From Nitrosopumilus sp. (GTDB taxonomy: Archaea; Thermoproteota; Nitrososphaeria; Nitrososphaerales; Nitrosopumilaceae): DNA of 64,000 nucleotides. Location of the stretch: the NCBI GenBank assembly GCA_965219345.1, contig OZ244732.1:384001-448000 (forward strand), written 5' to 3'. The notes below the pieces were generated by a model that saw only the letters and a list, made by a program, of their open reading frames with translations, ran no database searches and had not been told where the DNA came from. This document shows, piece after piece, positions 31,225-41,727 of this stretch; positions within the stretch are counted from its first letter, which is position 1, and each line of letters opens with the position of its first letter. The position numbers and the translations under genes are program-made.

Positions 31225-31716
31225 GTGAAAATATCACCATTCAAATTGGGATTAGGATTGGTGATTATGGGAATTATTTGGATTTCATTTATTTTTGTTG
31301 AAACTGAAAAAACATATGATGTAATTTTGCTAAAACAATCTGATTCTTTTGAATTAATGTCAGAATTTACAGGCGTAGATATTGGATTTTACAAAGTCTA
31401 CATGCCTGAGTTTACAGGAGAAGGGGTATTTGTCCAAATACTAGATACTAAAGATAATGTAATTCAGGAAGAACGGATTCAGACAAAAATGTCAGTAGGA
31501 TATTTTGATTTTAACGAAGATGGCACACATACTGTAAAAGTTACAAATATTTCAAAAAATCAAATCAATTTACAAGTGGAATTTGGTAATACAAATTCTC
31601 AACAAATGATTCCAGCAGGAGTTTTGGTATTAGCAGGTGCTGTGATTATTATTGTAATGTCATATCTAAAAATTAAAAATTACAATATAGAACAACCTGA
31701 TGAGAATATCTCATAG
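31225..31716 (+). CDS. Membrane protein (N- and C-terminal TM, beta-rich middle)
   Basis: Hydropathy pattern of the translation. Confidence 0.7.
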   Translation: MKISPFKLGLGLVIMGIIWISFIFVETEKTYDVILLKQSDSFELMSEFTGVDIGFYKVYMPEFTGEGVFVQILDTKDNVIQEERIQTKMSVGYFDFNEDGTHTVKVTNISKNQINLQVEFGNTNSQQMIPAGVLVLAGAVIIIVMSYLKIKNYNIEQPDENIS

Positions 31717-32273
31717 ACTGGAATACACTGAATGGTATGTCCAAAAACTAGAATCAAGTTGAAGATAAGCCAGGTTGTAAAAAACAAGAATGCCACAATT
31801 GAGAATGGAAGAAATACTTTGAGTCTTGTGTGTTCCCTATTTTTTAATATCAAAACACCCCCTAATGATGCAAGAACAAGTCCGAATTCAAGTGGCTGAT
31901 GGGACCAAGATATCAATCCATCAATTCCAAAGAGATCATGAGATAAGGAATCTCCAAAGCCTGAAATTAATTGGATTACCGAACCAGCTATAACAAGTTG
32001 AATTCCAATCTTAAGGGATCCCCGAACTGATTTTCTGAATAAAAGAACACAGCCCAGGATAGCAGCACAACTAGTCATAGATACACCTGTGTATACTATA
32101 ATATGCTGAATGCTCCAGAAAAATTCTGGTTCTTGTTGAAGATGAGAGATAGCATCCCAAAATCCTGCTGAAACAATTACAACAGGACCAATTACTGCTA
32201 AAATTGAAACAATGGATACAAGAGTAGTAGGTTTTGCAAGTGTGGAATCTGAAATTCTTTGAATTAGTTTCAT
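31680..32273 (-). CDS. Multi-pass membrane protein with conserved His motifs
   Basis: WDAISH…FFWSIQH…DSLSHDLFGID…SWSH. Confidence 0.75.
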   Translation of the reverse strand: MKLIQRISDSTLAKPTTLVSIVSILAVIGPVVIVSAGFWDAISHLQQEPEFFWSIQHIIVYTGVSMTSCAAILGCVLLFRKSVRGSLKIGIQLVIAGSVIQLISGFGDSLSHDLFGIDGLISWSHQPLEFGLVLASLGGVLILKNREHTRLKVFLPFSIVAFLFFTTWLIFNLILVFGHTIQCIPVYEIFSSGCSIL

Positions 32274-32389
32274 TTTGTTTCTAGTGATTAACTAAAGTAT
32301 GAAACATTGAAAGGGTTCAATTAGGAAAATTGAACTTTATGGGTAATTTAATCAATTAACTATATTAGAACAGACTAACTAGAAAAATT

Positions 32390-32629
32390 ATGAGCCCTGG
32401 TATTGGTTTGATGAAAAGAAGACTGGAAAAGGAAAAAGAAGCAATTGTACTTGCGATTTCTGGAATTGTGAAAAAATATGATGTAAAACCAGACAATATC
32501 AAGACATTAGAAACAAAGTATCATGATGATGCAGGAGATTGGTATGTTGCACTAGGATGGGAAGAGAAAAAAGCTATTGTCAAAATGGATTCAGTGTTAG
32601 GAACAATTACTGAAATTAAAGAAATCTAA
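32390..32629 (+). CDS. Small hypothetical protein
   Basis: 79 aa ATG ORF with typical codon use. Confidence 0.7.
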   Translation: MSPGIGLMKRRLEKEKEAIVLAISGIVKKYDVKPDNIKTLETKYHDDAGDWYVALGWEEKKAIVKMDSVLGTITEIKEI

Positions 32630-32657
32630 GTACTAATTCCTTTTTTAATCAAATTAA

Positions 32658-33499
32658 TCACTTAGCTTTTGCTAAAAACTTTTCAGGTGAAACCAATGGT
32701 GAGAAATGTTTAGCTGATTCTGGAGTAATTTGGCTTTTGAAGAACCAGTAATTTGTTAAAGCGTATCGTTTACCTTCTTTAAGAGGAGAGCCTCTATGAA
32801 TTGCTGAGCATTCTTTTAGAATTAATGTTCCAGGTTTTCCCGTAAATGTTTGTAACTGGTCTGGACTTTCTTGTATGATTCTATCAATCTGTTCATCAGT
32901 AAATCGTGTCTGAAATGGAGATAATGAACCTATTTTGATATCATTTAATTTTTGTTTAAGTTTATGAGATTTGGAGATCATTTGATAAGCACCATTTTTT
33001 CAGTAACATCGTTTAGGTATAGAATTGCTTTACATTGTCTGTTAACGCTGTCTCTATGCCATCCACCTCCAGATCCTAACTTTTGGCTTTTTTCATTAAA
33101 TTCAATTTTATTGGCAAGGGTAAATCCACAAGCTGTTTCAATGCAGTTATAATTATTTGCAAAATCATTCAAAAATTTATTCTCATGAAATTGTTTTATA
33201 TTTTCAGAGAGTTATTCAGCTCCAGATATTCGAAAATCAGTTCTTTCTGTAACAACATCCTTATGATTAACAAAGATAGATTCAATATCGGCAATACATT
33301 TGTCACAAAATTCTTTTGAAACAAAATTGGGAATAACATAAAAACCATTTTTGTAAATTTCATAAATGATTTTTTTCTCATTTTCAGAAGTTTTAGAAAA
33401 TGATTGATGATGCCTAAAACCGAAATTAATATCATTTACAAATTGTGCTACAGATGCATTTTTCTTTACTAATCGCTTAGCTTCTTGAATTAGAGACAT
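32658..33499 (-). pseudogene. 2OG-Fe(II)/PhyH-like dioxygenase split over three frames
   Basis: KNGFYVIPNF (33212..33499), GGGWHRDS…ILYLNDV (32978..33172), GKPGTLI…IHRGSP…RYALTNY (32658..32981). Confidence 0.8.
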
Positions 33500-33645
33500 A
33501 TTCTGATTAACATAATATGGCGATATTATTAATTTTTGTTAGTTGTTAATGTTCAATCTCTTAAACAACTTTTAGATAGGGAATTACCATGGAAAAATTT
33601 TCAATAACAGAGAAATTTAATTATCAGCAGTTATTTTGAGTTAAG

Positions 33646-34293
33646 ATGACCAAAGCAATAGTTTTTGGCGGTTCAAGAGGTATTGGAAAAGCTATCTCAG
33701 AATCACTCAAAGCAATAGATATTGATGTTTTTGCTACCTCAAAAATAAATATTGATACTTCAAACTTAAAAAGTGTTAGAGAATTTGTTAAAGAAAATAA
33801 TCAAACTGATATTTTAATTCTTAATACGGGCGGACCTGTTCCAAAACAATTTGCAGATATCACTGAAGAAGATTGGAAGTTATATCACAATCAATTATTT
33901 TTAGGATTTTGCATCATACTGCAAAATATCAAAATAAATGATGGTGGATACATCTTTTTGATAAGCTCAAATGTGATCAAAGAGCCAAATTCAAAATTGA
34001 TTATATCTTCAGTATATCGTGCAGCATTTAGTGAAGTTTTCAAAGTACTAAGCAAAGAATACGCTCAAAAAAATATCAGCTGTATCAACATTGCACCAGG
34101 CCCTATCAACACAGATAGAACTCAGGAGTTAATAGAAAATGTAAAAGAATTTGAAAAAACACTTCCAATGAAAAGATTAGGAGAGCCAGAAGAGATTGGA
34201 AATTTTGTAAAAGCAATAATTGAAAATAAAATAAAGTACCTATCAGGTGTTACAATAAACTTTGATGGTGCAAATTCTAACTATATTTTTTAA
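33646..34293 (+). CDS. SDR-family oxidoreductase
   Basis: FGGSRGIGKA…NTGGP…NIAPGPINTDR…INFDG. Confidence 0.88.
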   Translation: MTKAIVFGGSRGIGKAISESLKAIDIDVFATSKINIDTSNLKSVREFVKENNQTDILILNTGGPVPKQFADITEEDWKLYHNQLFLGFCIILQNIKINDGGYIFLISSNVIKEPNSKLIISSVYRAAFSEVFKVLSKEYAQKNISCINIAPGPINTDRTQELIENVKEFEKTLPMKRLGEPEEIGNFVKAIIENKIKYLSGVTINFDGANSNYIF

Positions 34294-34295
34294 GA

Positions 34296-34934
34296 TTATT
34301 TTTTAAATTCAACATTTGGTGTGTCTGGTTGACCTGCGATAGCAATTAATCCACCATCACGTAGTTGTTGTAATAATTGCATAACTTCTTTTTCTACCTG
34401 ATTTCTTTGTAGGCCAGTTTGTTGTGCAAATACTTCAACCAAATCAGTTACCTTACGTTCTCCATTACAAGACTTCCAAAAGTCTACGATTGCTTGATTT
34501 ACCATAAAGCCTTGTTCATGTTCGTTTGCTAATACCATAGAGCCATCTTCTTGTTTTACTAATTTTCCAACACCCTGAGGCAATGCAGTTTCATAGTTAA
34601 TTGGTGCAGGTGTATTCAGTCCAGCCCCCATATTTTTGATTTTCATTTTTGCCTCTTCAGACATTTTATCCATTGACCATGGAGGTTCCCATACAATGTC
34701 TACTTTGACATTATTTACTCCTGGAACTTTTTTTACATATCTTGTTGCATCTTGAACTAGAGTTTCATGAAGTGGACAACCTTGTGTGGTCATTGTCATT
34801 TTAATATTAACATCGTTGTTTTCTGCAACATCTATTCCATAGATTAATCCCATCTCTACAATGTTTAGTGGAACTTCAGGATCCATGCATTGCTTGAGTG
34901 ATTCCTCAATTGCTTGTGCAGAAACTGTACTCAT
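34296..34934 (-). CDS. DUF59/SufT-like Fe-S assembly domain fused to a PqqD-like domain
   Basis: DPEVPLNIVEMGLIY…TTQGCP…WEPPW; C-terminal FWKSCNGERKVTDLV…LQQLRDGGLI. Confidence 0.85.
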   Translation of the reverse strand: MSTVSAQAIEESLKQCMDPEVPLNIVEMGLIYGIDVAENNDVNIKMTMTTQGCPLHETLVQDATRYVKKVPGVNNVKVDIVWEPPWSMDKMSEEAKMKIKNMGAGLNTPAPINYETALPQGVGKLVKQEDGSMVLANEHEQGFMVNQAIVDFWKSCNGERKVTDLVEVFAQQTGLQRNQVEKEVMQLLQQLRDGGLIAIAGQPDTPNVEFKK

Positions 34935-35029
34935 ATTGTAAATTGCAGTTTAAAAAACAATAAAAACTTTCTACTAATTAGCTTCAATTAACATTGGATT
35001 TTTATCAAATATCTACATTTATGTTTTAA

Positions 35030-35350
35030 ATGGGCCTGTTAGATTAAGCTTTTTAGATTTTAAGTTACCCTCTAAATAACACCTCACCATATCATTATCA
35101 AATAAATTATAGATTAATCATAAATGTTCAGGTTTAAGATCACTATTCAGGAAATTCTTTCCTGTTCCTTTTTGTTTGTGAGGAACCCATTGTCCTCCTT
35201 TTTCTAAAATGTCAAGAAGATTCATAACTTCGTTTGTAGAAGTGATTACTGTTTTACATGCCACATCATGTATTCCATCATTTGGATCTAAGGCAGGTAC
35301 TCGTTGATGAATCATATCACCAGCGTCCGGTTCTGAAATTCGTAAATGAA
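35030..35350 (-). pseudogene. Formyltransferase-like remnant
   Basis: FHLRISEPDAGDMIHQ resembles the H…D-x-G-D-I-I-x-Q formyltransferase motif; no start and an internal stop. Confidence 0.45.
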
Positions 35351-35353
35351 AAG

Positions 35354-36829
35354 CTAGAATCTGAAATAAATAAAGTCTTCAGATTTTCCATCAAAAGAGA
35401 AAACTATTGAAAATAAAATGATAGTTATCACAAGGAACCAATATCTCAATGTAAATTTACTAATCTTTTCTATCATATTTGGAGATTTAAATGAGATTAC
35501 ATGAATAGTTATAAACAGGATCATTAATCCTACCGGAAGTTTGTATTCCATAATGAAAGGGATAATTTCATTTGTTTGGAAATCTATGAAAACAAATTTA
35601 CCCATAGAGTAAAAAGCATCATCAAAATCTTTGACACGAAATGGAATCCACGCCAGAAAAACAAAATACTGCATTACTAATATTGATGTGATTTTTCCTA
35701 ATCTTGTTTTGAAAAAAGATAAGGTTTGTAACTGTGGAAATTTGCCTGATATTACTTTATGAACAGATAGGTATACGCCGTGCATTAATCCCCAAATAAC
35801 AAAATTCCATGAAGCCCCATGCCACAGCCCCCCCCCCAAGGACATTACAATTGCTAAATTAAAGAAAGTCCTAACGGATGATTTTCGATTTCCGCCTAAT
35901 GGGATGTAAAGATAATCTCTAAGCCAAGATGATAAAGAAATATGCCATCTTTTCCAAAAATCAGAAGGAGAAGTTGCAAAATACGGTTTGTTGAAGTTTT
36001 TTGGGAGTTTAAACCCAAGTATCAGTGCCGCGCCAATAGCAATATCAGAATATCCCGAAAAATCACCATAAATTTGAATTCCAAATCCAATAGTAGCCAT
36101 AATAATTGAAAAAGAATCAAGACCAACAGGGTTTGAGAAAATTTCATTTACCATAGGGGCTATATTATCTGCAAAAAACATTTTTTTGAGAAATCCAAAT
36201 GTCATCATAGTAAGTCCTAACTTAAGATTTGAATTTTTAATGATTACTTGACGAAGGCGTTCTGTTGAAATTTTAGTTTCTAATTTTTCTCTAAGTTGCG
36301 GAAGAAAATCTTTTGCCCTTACAATAGGACCTGCAATTAATTGGGGGAAAAATGATACAAACAATGCAAATTCCCAAAAAGATTTACTTGGAGATAATTG
36401 CCCTCTATACACATCTACAGTATAACTAATTGTTTGGAATGTATAGAAGGAAATTCCTATTGGTAAAAGTAAATTAAGGTATGGAATGTTTGTAGTCAAG
36501 TCAAAGTAATTTCCAAATATGTTAAATTGCAGTATTGCAAAATCGGCATATTTAAAAAATCCTAATAATCCTAAATTTCCAACCAAGCTAACAACCAACA
36601 ACCATTTTTTTCTTTGAAGATTTTTTGATTTCCAAATACTTTTAGCAATATTATAATCTAATAAAGTTGAGGCTATCAATAAAATAATAAGATAATTGCT
36701 TGAAAAATAGAAGAAGAAATAGCTTGAAAATAAAAGAAAAAGGTACTGGAATTTTCTTTGTTTAATTATAATTATTGCAAAAACAACAATTACAAAAAAT
36801 ATTATGAATTCAGTAGAAGTAAAAATCAT
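35354..36829 (-). CDS. MBOAT O-acyltransferase (AlgI/DltB-like)
   Basis: LPIGISFYTFQ, FFPQLIAGPI, DFSGYSDIA, FWKRWHISLS, GLWHGA. Confidence 0.93.
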   Translation of the reverse strand: MIFTSTEFIIFFVIVVFAIIIIKQRKFQYLFLLFSSYFFFYFSSNYLIILLIASTLLDYNIAKSIWKSKNLQRKKWLLVVSLVGNLGLLGFFKYADFAILQFNIFGNYFDLTTNIPYLNLLLPIGISFYTFQTISYTVDVYRGQLSPSKSFWEFALFVSFFPQLIAGPIVRAKDFLPQLREKLETKISTERLRQVIIKNSNLKLGLTMMTFGFLKKMFFADNIAPMVNEIFSNPVGLDSFSIIMATIGFGIQIYGDFSGYSDIAIGAALILGFKLPKNFNKPYFATSPSDFWKRWHISLSSWLRDYLYIPLGGNRKSSVRTFFNLAIVMSLGGGLWHGASWNFVIWGLMHGVYLSVHKVISGKFPQLQTLSFFKTRLGKITSILVMQYFVFLAWIPFRVKDFDDAFYSMGKFVFIDFQTNEIIPFIMEYKLPVGLMILFITIHVISFKSPNMIEKISKFTLRYWFLVITIILFSIVFSFDGKSEDFIYFRF

Positions 36830-37768
36830 CTATAGTTCAGATTCCAAAATAATCATTTTTAAAATATCATCATAGTAAATATTGGATTTTTCATGAATAG
36901 CTAAATGTAAAAAATCTTGCCAGGCATTTAATTCATCATATTTAGCAGAAAAATTATATATTTTAATATCGTATTTTTCAGACATATAATTTAGTATTGA
37001 GTAAAAATTATGTTTGTCATTATCTGGAAAATTTTCATAATAATTTTTATGAACAGGAAGAATGTAAATAACAACCTCAATTTCATTATCTTTTAAAGAA
37101 GATATAATTTGTTCAAAAGACTCTCTTTGAAAACTATATTCGTCAATTCTTTGGATAGGTGATAGGTTCTTTGTTAACGCATTAATTTCGTCTTTAGATG
37201 CTAAAACAAAATTATTTTTTCCGGGTTTATAAAAAGGGGTTTTTTCCAGTGAAATGTTAATTTTATTATCAACAAGTCCAGTAGAATTAAAAATATTTAG
37301 AAGAGCTCGTTTTGTAGTTACTTTGGGGTTTATCCAGTTTAATTCATTGTCAATTCTTAAAAAAATTTCATTTGTAAATTTTTTTACATCAGGTAAAAAA
37401 TTTGTTGAATCACTGTGTGTATTAAAATCTCTTAATGAAATTCCATAAAAAACAATTTCAGGATTTAATAAAATAATTGAATCAATAGTCTTTTTTCGTT
37501 CAAATGGAGAATCACCAGGCATTGCCAAATTATACAGTACTAGATTTTTTGAGTTTCCGGATATATTGTTATTAATATAGGTCATGTTAATTGAACCTAC
37601 TTGACTTGATCCAATCAAAAATGCAGTTGGGTGATCAAATTTGTGATTAAAGAATGGATCATCATTAGATACATTATTTGGATCTGGATATAGATTATGT
37701 ATAACAAGTAATGTTGATAATACTAAAACAAATGAAATTAGAATTGCAAAACCAATTGAAGAATTCAT
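36830..37768 (-). CDS. SGNH/DltD-like partner of the MBOAT
   Basis: N-terminal TM; IGSSQ, YNLAMPG, QDFLHL (DxxH); abuts the MBOAT gene. Confidence 0.7.
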   Translation of the reverse strand: MNSSIGFAILISFVLVLSTLLVIHNLYPDPNNVSNDDPFFNHKFDHPTAFLIGSSQVGSINMTYINNNISGNSKNLVLYNLAMPGDSPFERKKTIDSIILLNPEIVFYGISLRDFNTHSDSTNFLPDVKKFTNEIFLRIDNELNWINPKVTTKRALLNIFNSTGLVDNKINISLEKTPFYKPGKNNFVLASKDEINALTKNLSPIQRIDEYSFQRESFEQIISSLKDNEIEVVIYILPVHKNYYENFPDNDKHNFYSILNYMSEKYDIKIYNFSAKYDELNAWQDFLHLAIHEKSNIYYDDILKMIILESEL

Positions 37769-37816
37769 CGTGTTGAATAATTTTTGATTAGTTCCTAAAT
37801 TAATATTTAGTCAAGG

Positions 37817-37892
37817 ATGGCAAGTGGGTTAGTGGATAAAGTTGTAGTTGGTGCTGACAGGATAGTAAGAACTGGCCATGTCTTTAACAAAA
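37817..37892 (+). repeat. 76-bp inverted copy of an internal mtnA segment
   Basis: 73/76 identical to the reverse complement of 39574..39649. Confidence 0.9.
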
Positions 37893-37940
37893 GTTGTTCA
37901 CTTTGGATTTTTATTCAGGATTGATTTTCAGAAAAATTTT

Positions 37941-39281
37941 TCATTCATGGAAAAATGATAATGAGTAGCATAATCCACGTTCATAAATATTTGGTTCTCG
38001 TTCAAACTGTAGGTGAGAACCGATTTCTGCGTTATTCCAATGAGCAAATTTTGGTCCTAGCATGATCTTTTTAATAATTTTTTATCTGTTGAAATTTTTA
38101 CATGTTTGTTTTTTTGCTCTATTTCTTTTGGGAAAACAACCTGATAGCTATTACCATTACATGTAATAATGCAAGTGGTTTCTTCTGATATGGGCATTAT
38201 AACTACCGTATCTGAATGAAATCCTATTTGCCTTCGTTTATACTCAAACCTTTCAAAAGATTTAGAGATCAATGAAATCAATTCATCATCTGATGGTTCA
38301 TCGTCATCATGATAATCGTGTTTTCTTTTAGATAAGACATCTTTTACGTATTGATTTTTTTTATCTATGTTAATTCTAGTATATGGTTTTGATAACAGCT
38401 TTTTTGTGATGTTAAAACTTTCTTTAGAATTAATTATAATACATTTTTGTTCTGATGAGTTATGTTTAGGGGATTTGTTAAAATATTCAAAAGCTTCTTC
38501 GAGTTCAGGTAGCCCCCTAGAATCATTCAGTCTGTATAATGGTCCAGCAAGTGTATATCTTCCGGCAAATGGCATAAAAAATTCTGGCTTTAAAAAATTT
38601 ACATACATCTCTGTCTGAGACAAAAATTGTGTTTTCTTTTCTTCGGCAGCTTTTTTTCTCTCCTCTTTGGACATTTCAAAACACTGTGGGTAAGGACCAG
38701 CTCCTCCATATCCGACTAATAATAAGTCTATTTTGTTAAACTGATTTTTAATTTTTGAAATTGAAAACTTGGATAATTCAAATGGGCAATCGTTGGTATT
38801 CACTACAGCTTCTTTTCCATTATCTATGACAGCCATTGTATCCAGACTTGTAGCTCCAAATTTTGTTTCAATTGGAGCACAACCAATAAACTTTGAGCAT
38901 AACTCAGGATTACAATAATCTGATGCAAGGATTGTTATGTATAATCCATTTTTTAGATGTGTTTGTCTATCATTATTAATTTCTAAAACTCTAAAACCTA
39001 AACTTTCAATATTTTTTTTGAGAAATTTTTCTGGAAAGTTAAAAATGATTACTGGAATTTGTTTATTTAATCTAGCTAGCGTTTTTTTACTAAAATGATC
39101 TGGATGAATATGTGTTATATAGATATAATCCATATCGTCAAAATCTTCAGAATTAAACTCAAATGGTGGATATAAAGCCCATGAGCCAAAATACTCTCCA
39201 TCTACAAGCCAGGGATCACATAAAATTTTGATGCCATTATGTTCAATGGTCACTTGCTGATTGTAGATACGTTATTTTCAT
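37941..39281 (-). pseudogene. Metallo-beta-lactamase-fold protein (CMP-Neu5Ac hydroxylase/UlaG-like), frameshifted near both ends
   Basis: MKITYLQSAS / TIEHNGIKILCDPWL…ITHIHPDH…PFAG… / GPKFAHWNNAEIGSHL…FFHE*. Confidence 0.75.
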
Positions 39282-39283
39282 GA

Positions 39284-40324
39284 TTATACAAATAATTTTT
39301 TAATCGATGCTTCAAATGGAGACTGAGCTACACCTTTTTCAGTGATTATTCCTGAAATTAATTCTGGTGGAGTCATGTCAAATGCTGGATTTATCACATT
39401 AATGTCATCAGGAGCGGTCTTTTTGTCACCAATTCCAGTAACTTCACTTCCTTTTCGCATCTCAATAATTACATCCTCAGCCTTTGTTTCCATATCAATT
39501 GTAGATAACGGTGCTGCAACATAAAATGGGATCCCATGTTGTTTTGCCATAGTTGCAACTTGATAGGTTCCAATTTTGTTAAAGACATGACCAGTTCTTA
39601 CTATCCTGTCAGCACCAACTACAACTTTATTCACTAACCCATTTGCCATGGTGTAACCTACGGCAGTATCTGGAATCAGACTAACATCAAAGCCATCATG
39701 TTTTAATTCAAATGCAGTTAGTCTTGAACCTTGTTGAATTGGTCTTGTTTCAGTGGCAATCACTTTGACATTTTTTCCACTATCCCTTGTTGCTCTAATT
39801 ACACCTAGTGCTGTTCCATATGCTACAGTAGCTAAAGCACCGGCATTACAATGAGTCATTATAGTATCATTATCATCAAAAAGAGGAGCGCCATTCTTTC
39901 CCATAGTTTTGTTAATTTCAATATCTTCATCTGCCATTTTTTTAGCTGTAGAAATTACTAGTTCCCTTATTTGTTCTACCGAGTCTCCAGATTTTGCAAC
40001 ATTCATTATTTTTTCTAATCCCCAACCCAGGTTTACGGCAGTAGGTCTGGTAGCAAAAAGAATCTTTCCTGCTTCTTCCAAGTCAGATATTAAATCATCT
40101 TTTGTTGTTGCCTTGCTTTGTAAAACCGCTAATGCCAATCCAAACGCACCAGAAACTCCAATTGCAGGTGCACCTCTAACAATTAGCGTTTTAATTGCAT
40201 TTGCAACTTGGTTAAAATCATCATATTCTACAAATATTAGTTCATTAGGTAATTTGGTTTGTTCAATCATTACAACTTTGTTGTCTTTCCATTCTACTGT
40301 TTTTAATGATGAAATACTATCCAT
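39284..40324 (-). CDS. mtnA: S-methyl-5-thioribose-1-phosphate isomerase
   Basis: VRGAPAIG, TRPTAVNL, THCNAGALAT, ETRP, GADRI, NKIGTY, NPAFD. Confidence 0.95.
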   Translation of the reverse strand: MDSISSLKTVEWKDNKVVMIEQTKLPNELIFVEYDDFNQVANAIKTLIVRGAPAIGVSGAFGLALAVLQSKATTKDDLISDLEEAGKILFATRPTAVNLGWGLEKIMNVAKSGDSVEQIRELVISTAKKMADEDIEINKTMGKNGAPLFDDNDTIMTHCNAGALATVAYGTALGVIRATRDSGKNVKVIATETRPIQQGSRLTAFELKHDGFDVSLIPDTAVGYTMANGLVNKVVVGADRIVRTGHVFNKIGTYQVATMAKQHGIPFYVAAPLSTIDMETKAEDVIIEMRKGSEVTGIGDKKTAPDDINVINPAFDMTPPELISGIITEKGVAQSPFEASIKKLFV

Positions 40325-40403
40325 GAAAAATATGCTAAAACTTCGATATTTAATGGTAATTAGACAATGACATAATATTTCGAATATATCTCAAATCAAT
40401 ATA

Positions 40404-40538
40404 ATGAGGATTTTCATTATCGGTGGAGGTGGATTTATTGGAAGTCATTTAGTAAAATTTTTGCTTACAAAAAAATTCGATATTACAGTTTTTGATGATT
40501 TATCAAATTCTTCTGAAAACAAAATTAAATCAATGTAA
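40404..40538 (+). pseudogene. N-terminal stub of an NAD-dependent epimerase cut at the island edge
   Basis: MRIFIIGGGGFIGSHLVKFLL…VFDDLSNS then stop where GC content jumps. Confidence 0.8.
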
Positions 40539-40568
40539 ACCGGTATAAGCCCTTATCCCACATGAAAT

Positions 40569-41471
40569 TCAGCAAGCTAGAAGGTTCTGCAGACCCTCTT
40601 CCATGACTATGTTTGGCTTCCAGCCCAACATCCTGCCGGCTTTGGATATGTCTGCCACACTCATCTTGACATCACCAGGTCGGGGTTCTTGGTATTCTGG
40701 TTCTAGTGACTTGCCAGAAATCTTGATCATTAAGCGCGCAAGATCTGTAATTGATATTGACCTGCCGCTGCCTATGTTGAAGAATCCCTCTTTGACCTTG
40801 CTTGTCATTGCTGCAAGATTTGCACGTACAACATCATGCACAAATACAAAATCCTTGATTTGCGAACCGTCTCCATAGATTATCGGCGGCTTTTCTTCCT
40901 TGATTCGATCCAAGAATCTAGGTATGACCCCGGAATATGCCTGCTTGCGTCCCAATCCCACCACGTTAAAATATCGTAAACTAACTATGCGTGCACCTCT
41001 CTTGGTATACCTCTCGGCTGCAAGTTCCGCCTCAAACTTGGTCATGCCGTACGGATTGAGTGGCTTTCGTGGAACGTCTTCTTGGATTGGAATGCCCTGC
41101 CCATTTCCATATACAGTAGAACTGCTGGCGTAAACTATTCTGATGCCATGCTCCAGACCAATCCTAAAGACGTTCGCCGTACCGGCAACGTTCACCTGCC
41201 TGTATTCGTCCTCGTTCTCGTACGAGCCCGGAATGTAGGCCAAGGCGGCTTGGTGGAATATTCCATCCGCATCACAAAGAACTTCATTTAGCCTATCATA
41301 CTCGCGAATGTCCATTCTGATAAAGTCTATCTTGTCATGAACCCCCTCAAGGTTGGGCACACTGCCCCTAGACAGATTGTCTACCACCGTCACGCTGTGT
41401 CCATCTAAGACTAGGCGTTTGACAATGTGGCTCCCGACGAATCCGGCACCTCCGGTTACGGCAAAATTCAT
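40569..41471 (-). CDS. NAD-dependent nucleotide-sugar epimerase/dehydratase
   Basis: TGGAGFVGS, HQAA, YGMTK (YxxxK), LRYFNV. Confidence 0.9.
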   Translation of the reverse strand: MNFAVTGGAGFVGSHIVKRLVLDGHSVTVVDNLSRGSVPNLEGVHDKIDFIRMDIREYDRLNEVLCDADGIFHQAALAYIPGSYENEDEYRQVNVAGTANVFRIGLEHGIRIVYASSSTVYGNGQGIPIQEDVPRKPLNPYGMTKFEAELAAERYTKRGARIVSLRYFNVVGLGRKQAYSGVIPRFLDRIKEEKPPIIYGDGSQIKDFVFVHDVVRANLAAMTSKVKEGFFNIGSGRSISITDLARLMIKISGKSLEPEYQEPRPGDVKMSVADISKAGRMLGWKPNIVMEEGLQNLLAC

Positions 41472-41727
41472 GAATTCGTTGTCTGGAGAACCTATTTAAC
41501 TCTAAGTCAGCAAACACCGGGCCAAGGCTTCGTGCTTTGCATTCTAGCCACATGCCAAACCTGATCTTTTACTGCTTGGATTGTCGTGTTTTAACGATTC
41601 AGCGTTCGCATTCCAAGGCTCATTGTCTCCTTCACATTCTGTGGCTGGAAACTTGGATTTGGCAGCGGGACTCTAAATTTTCGGTCACTTGCAAACTATT
41701 GATGCATCTTCGAACTCTCACACATGG

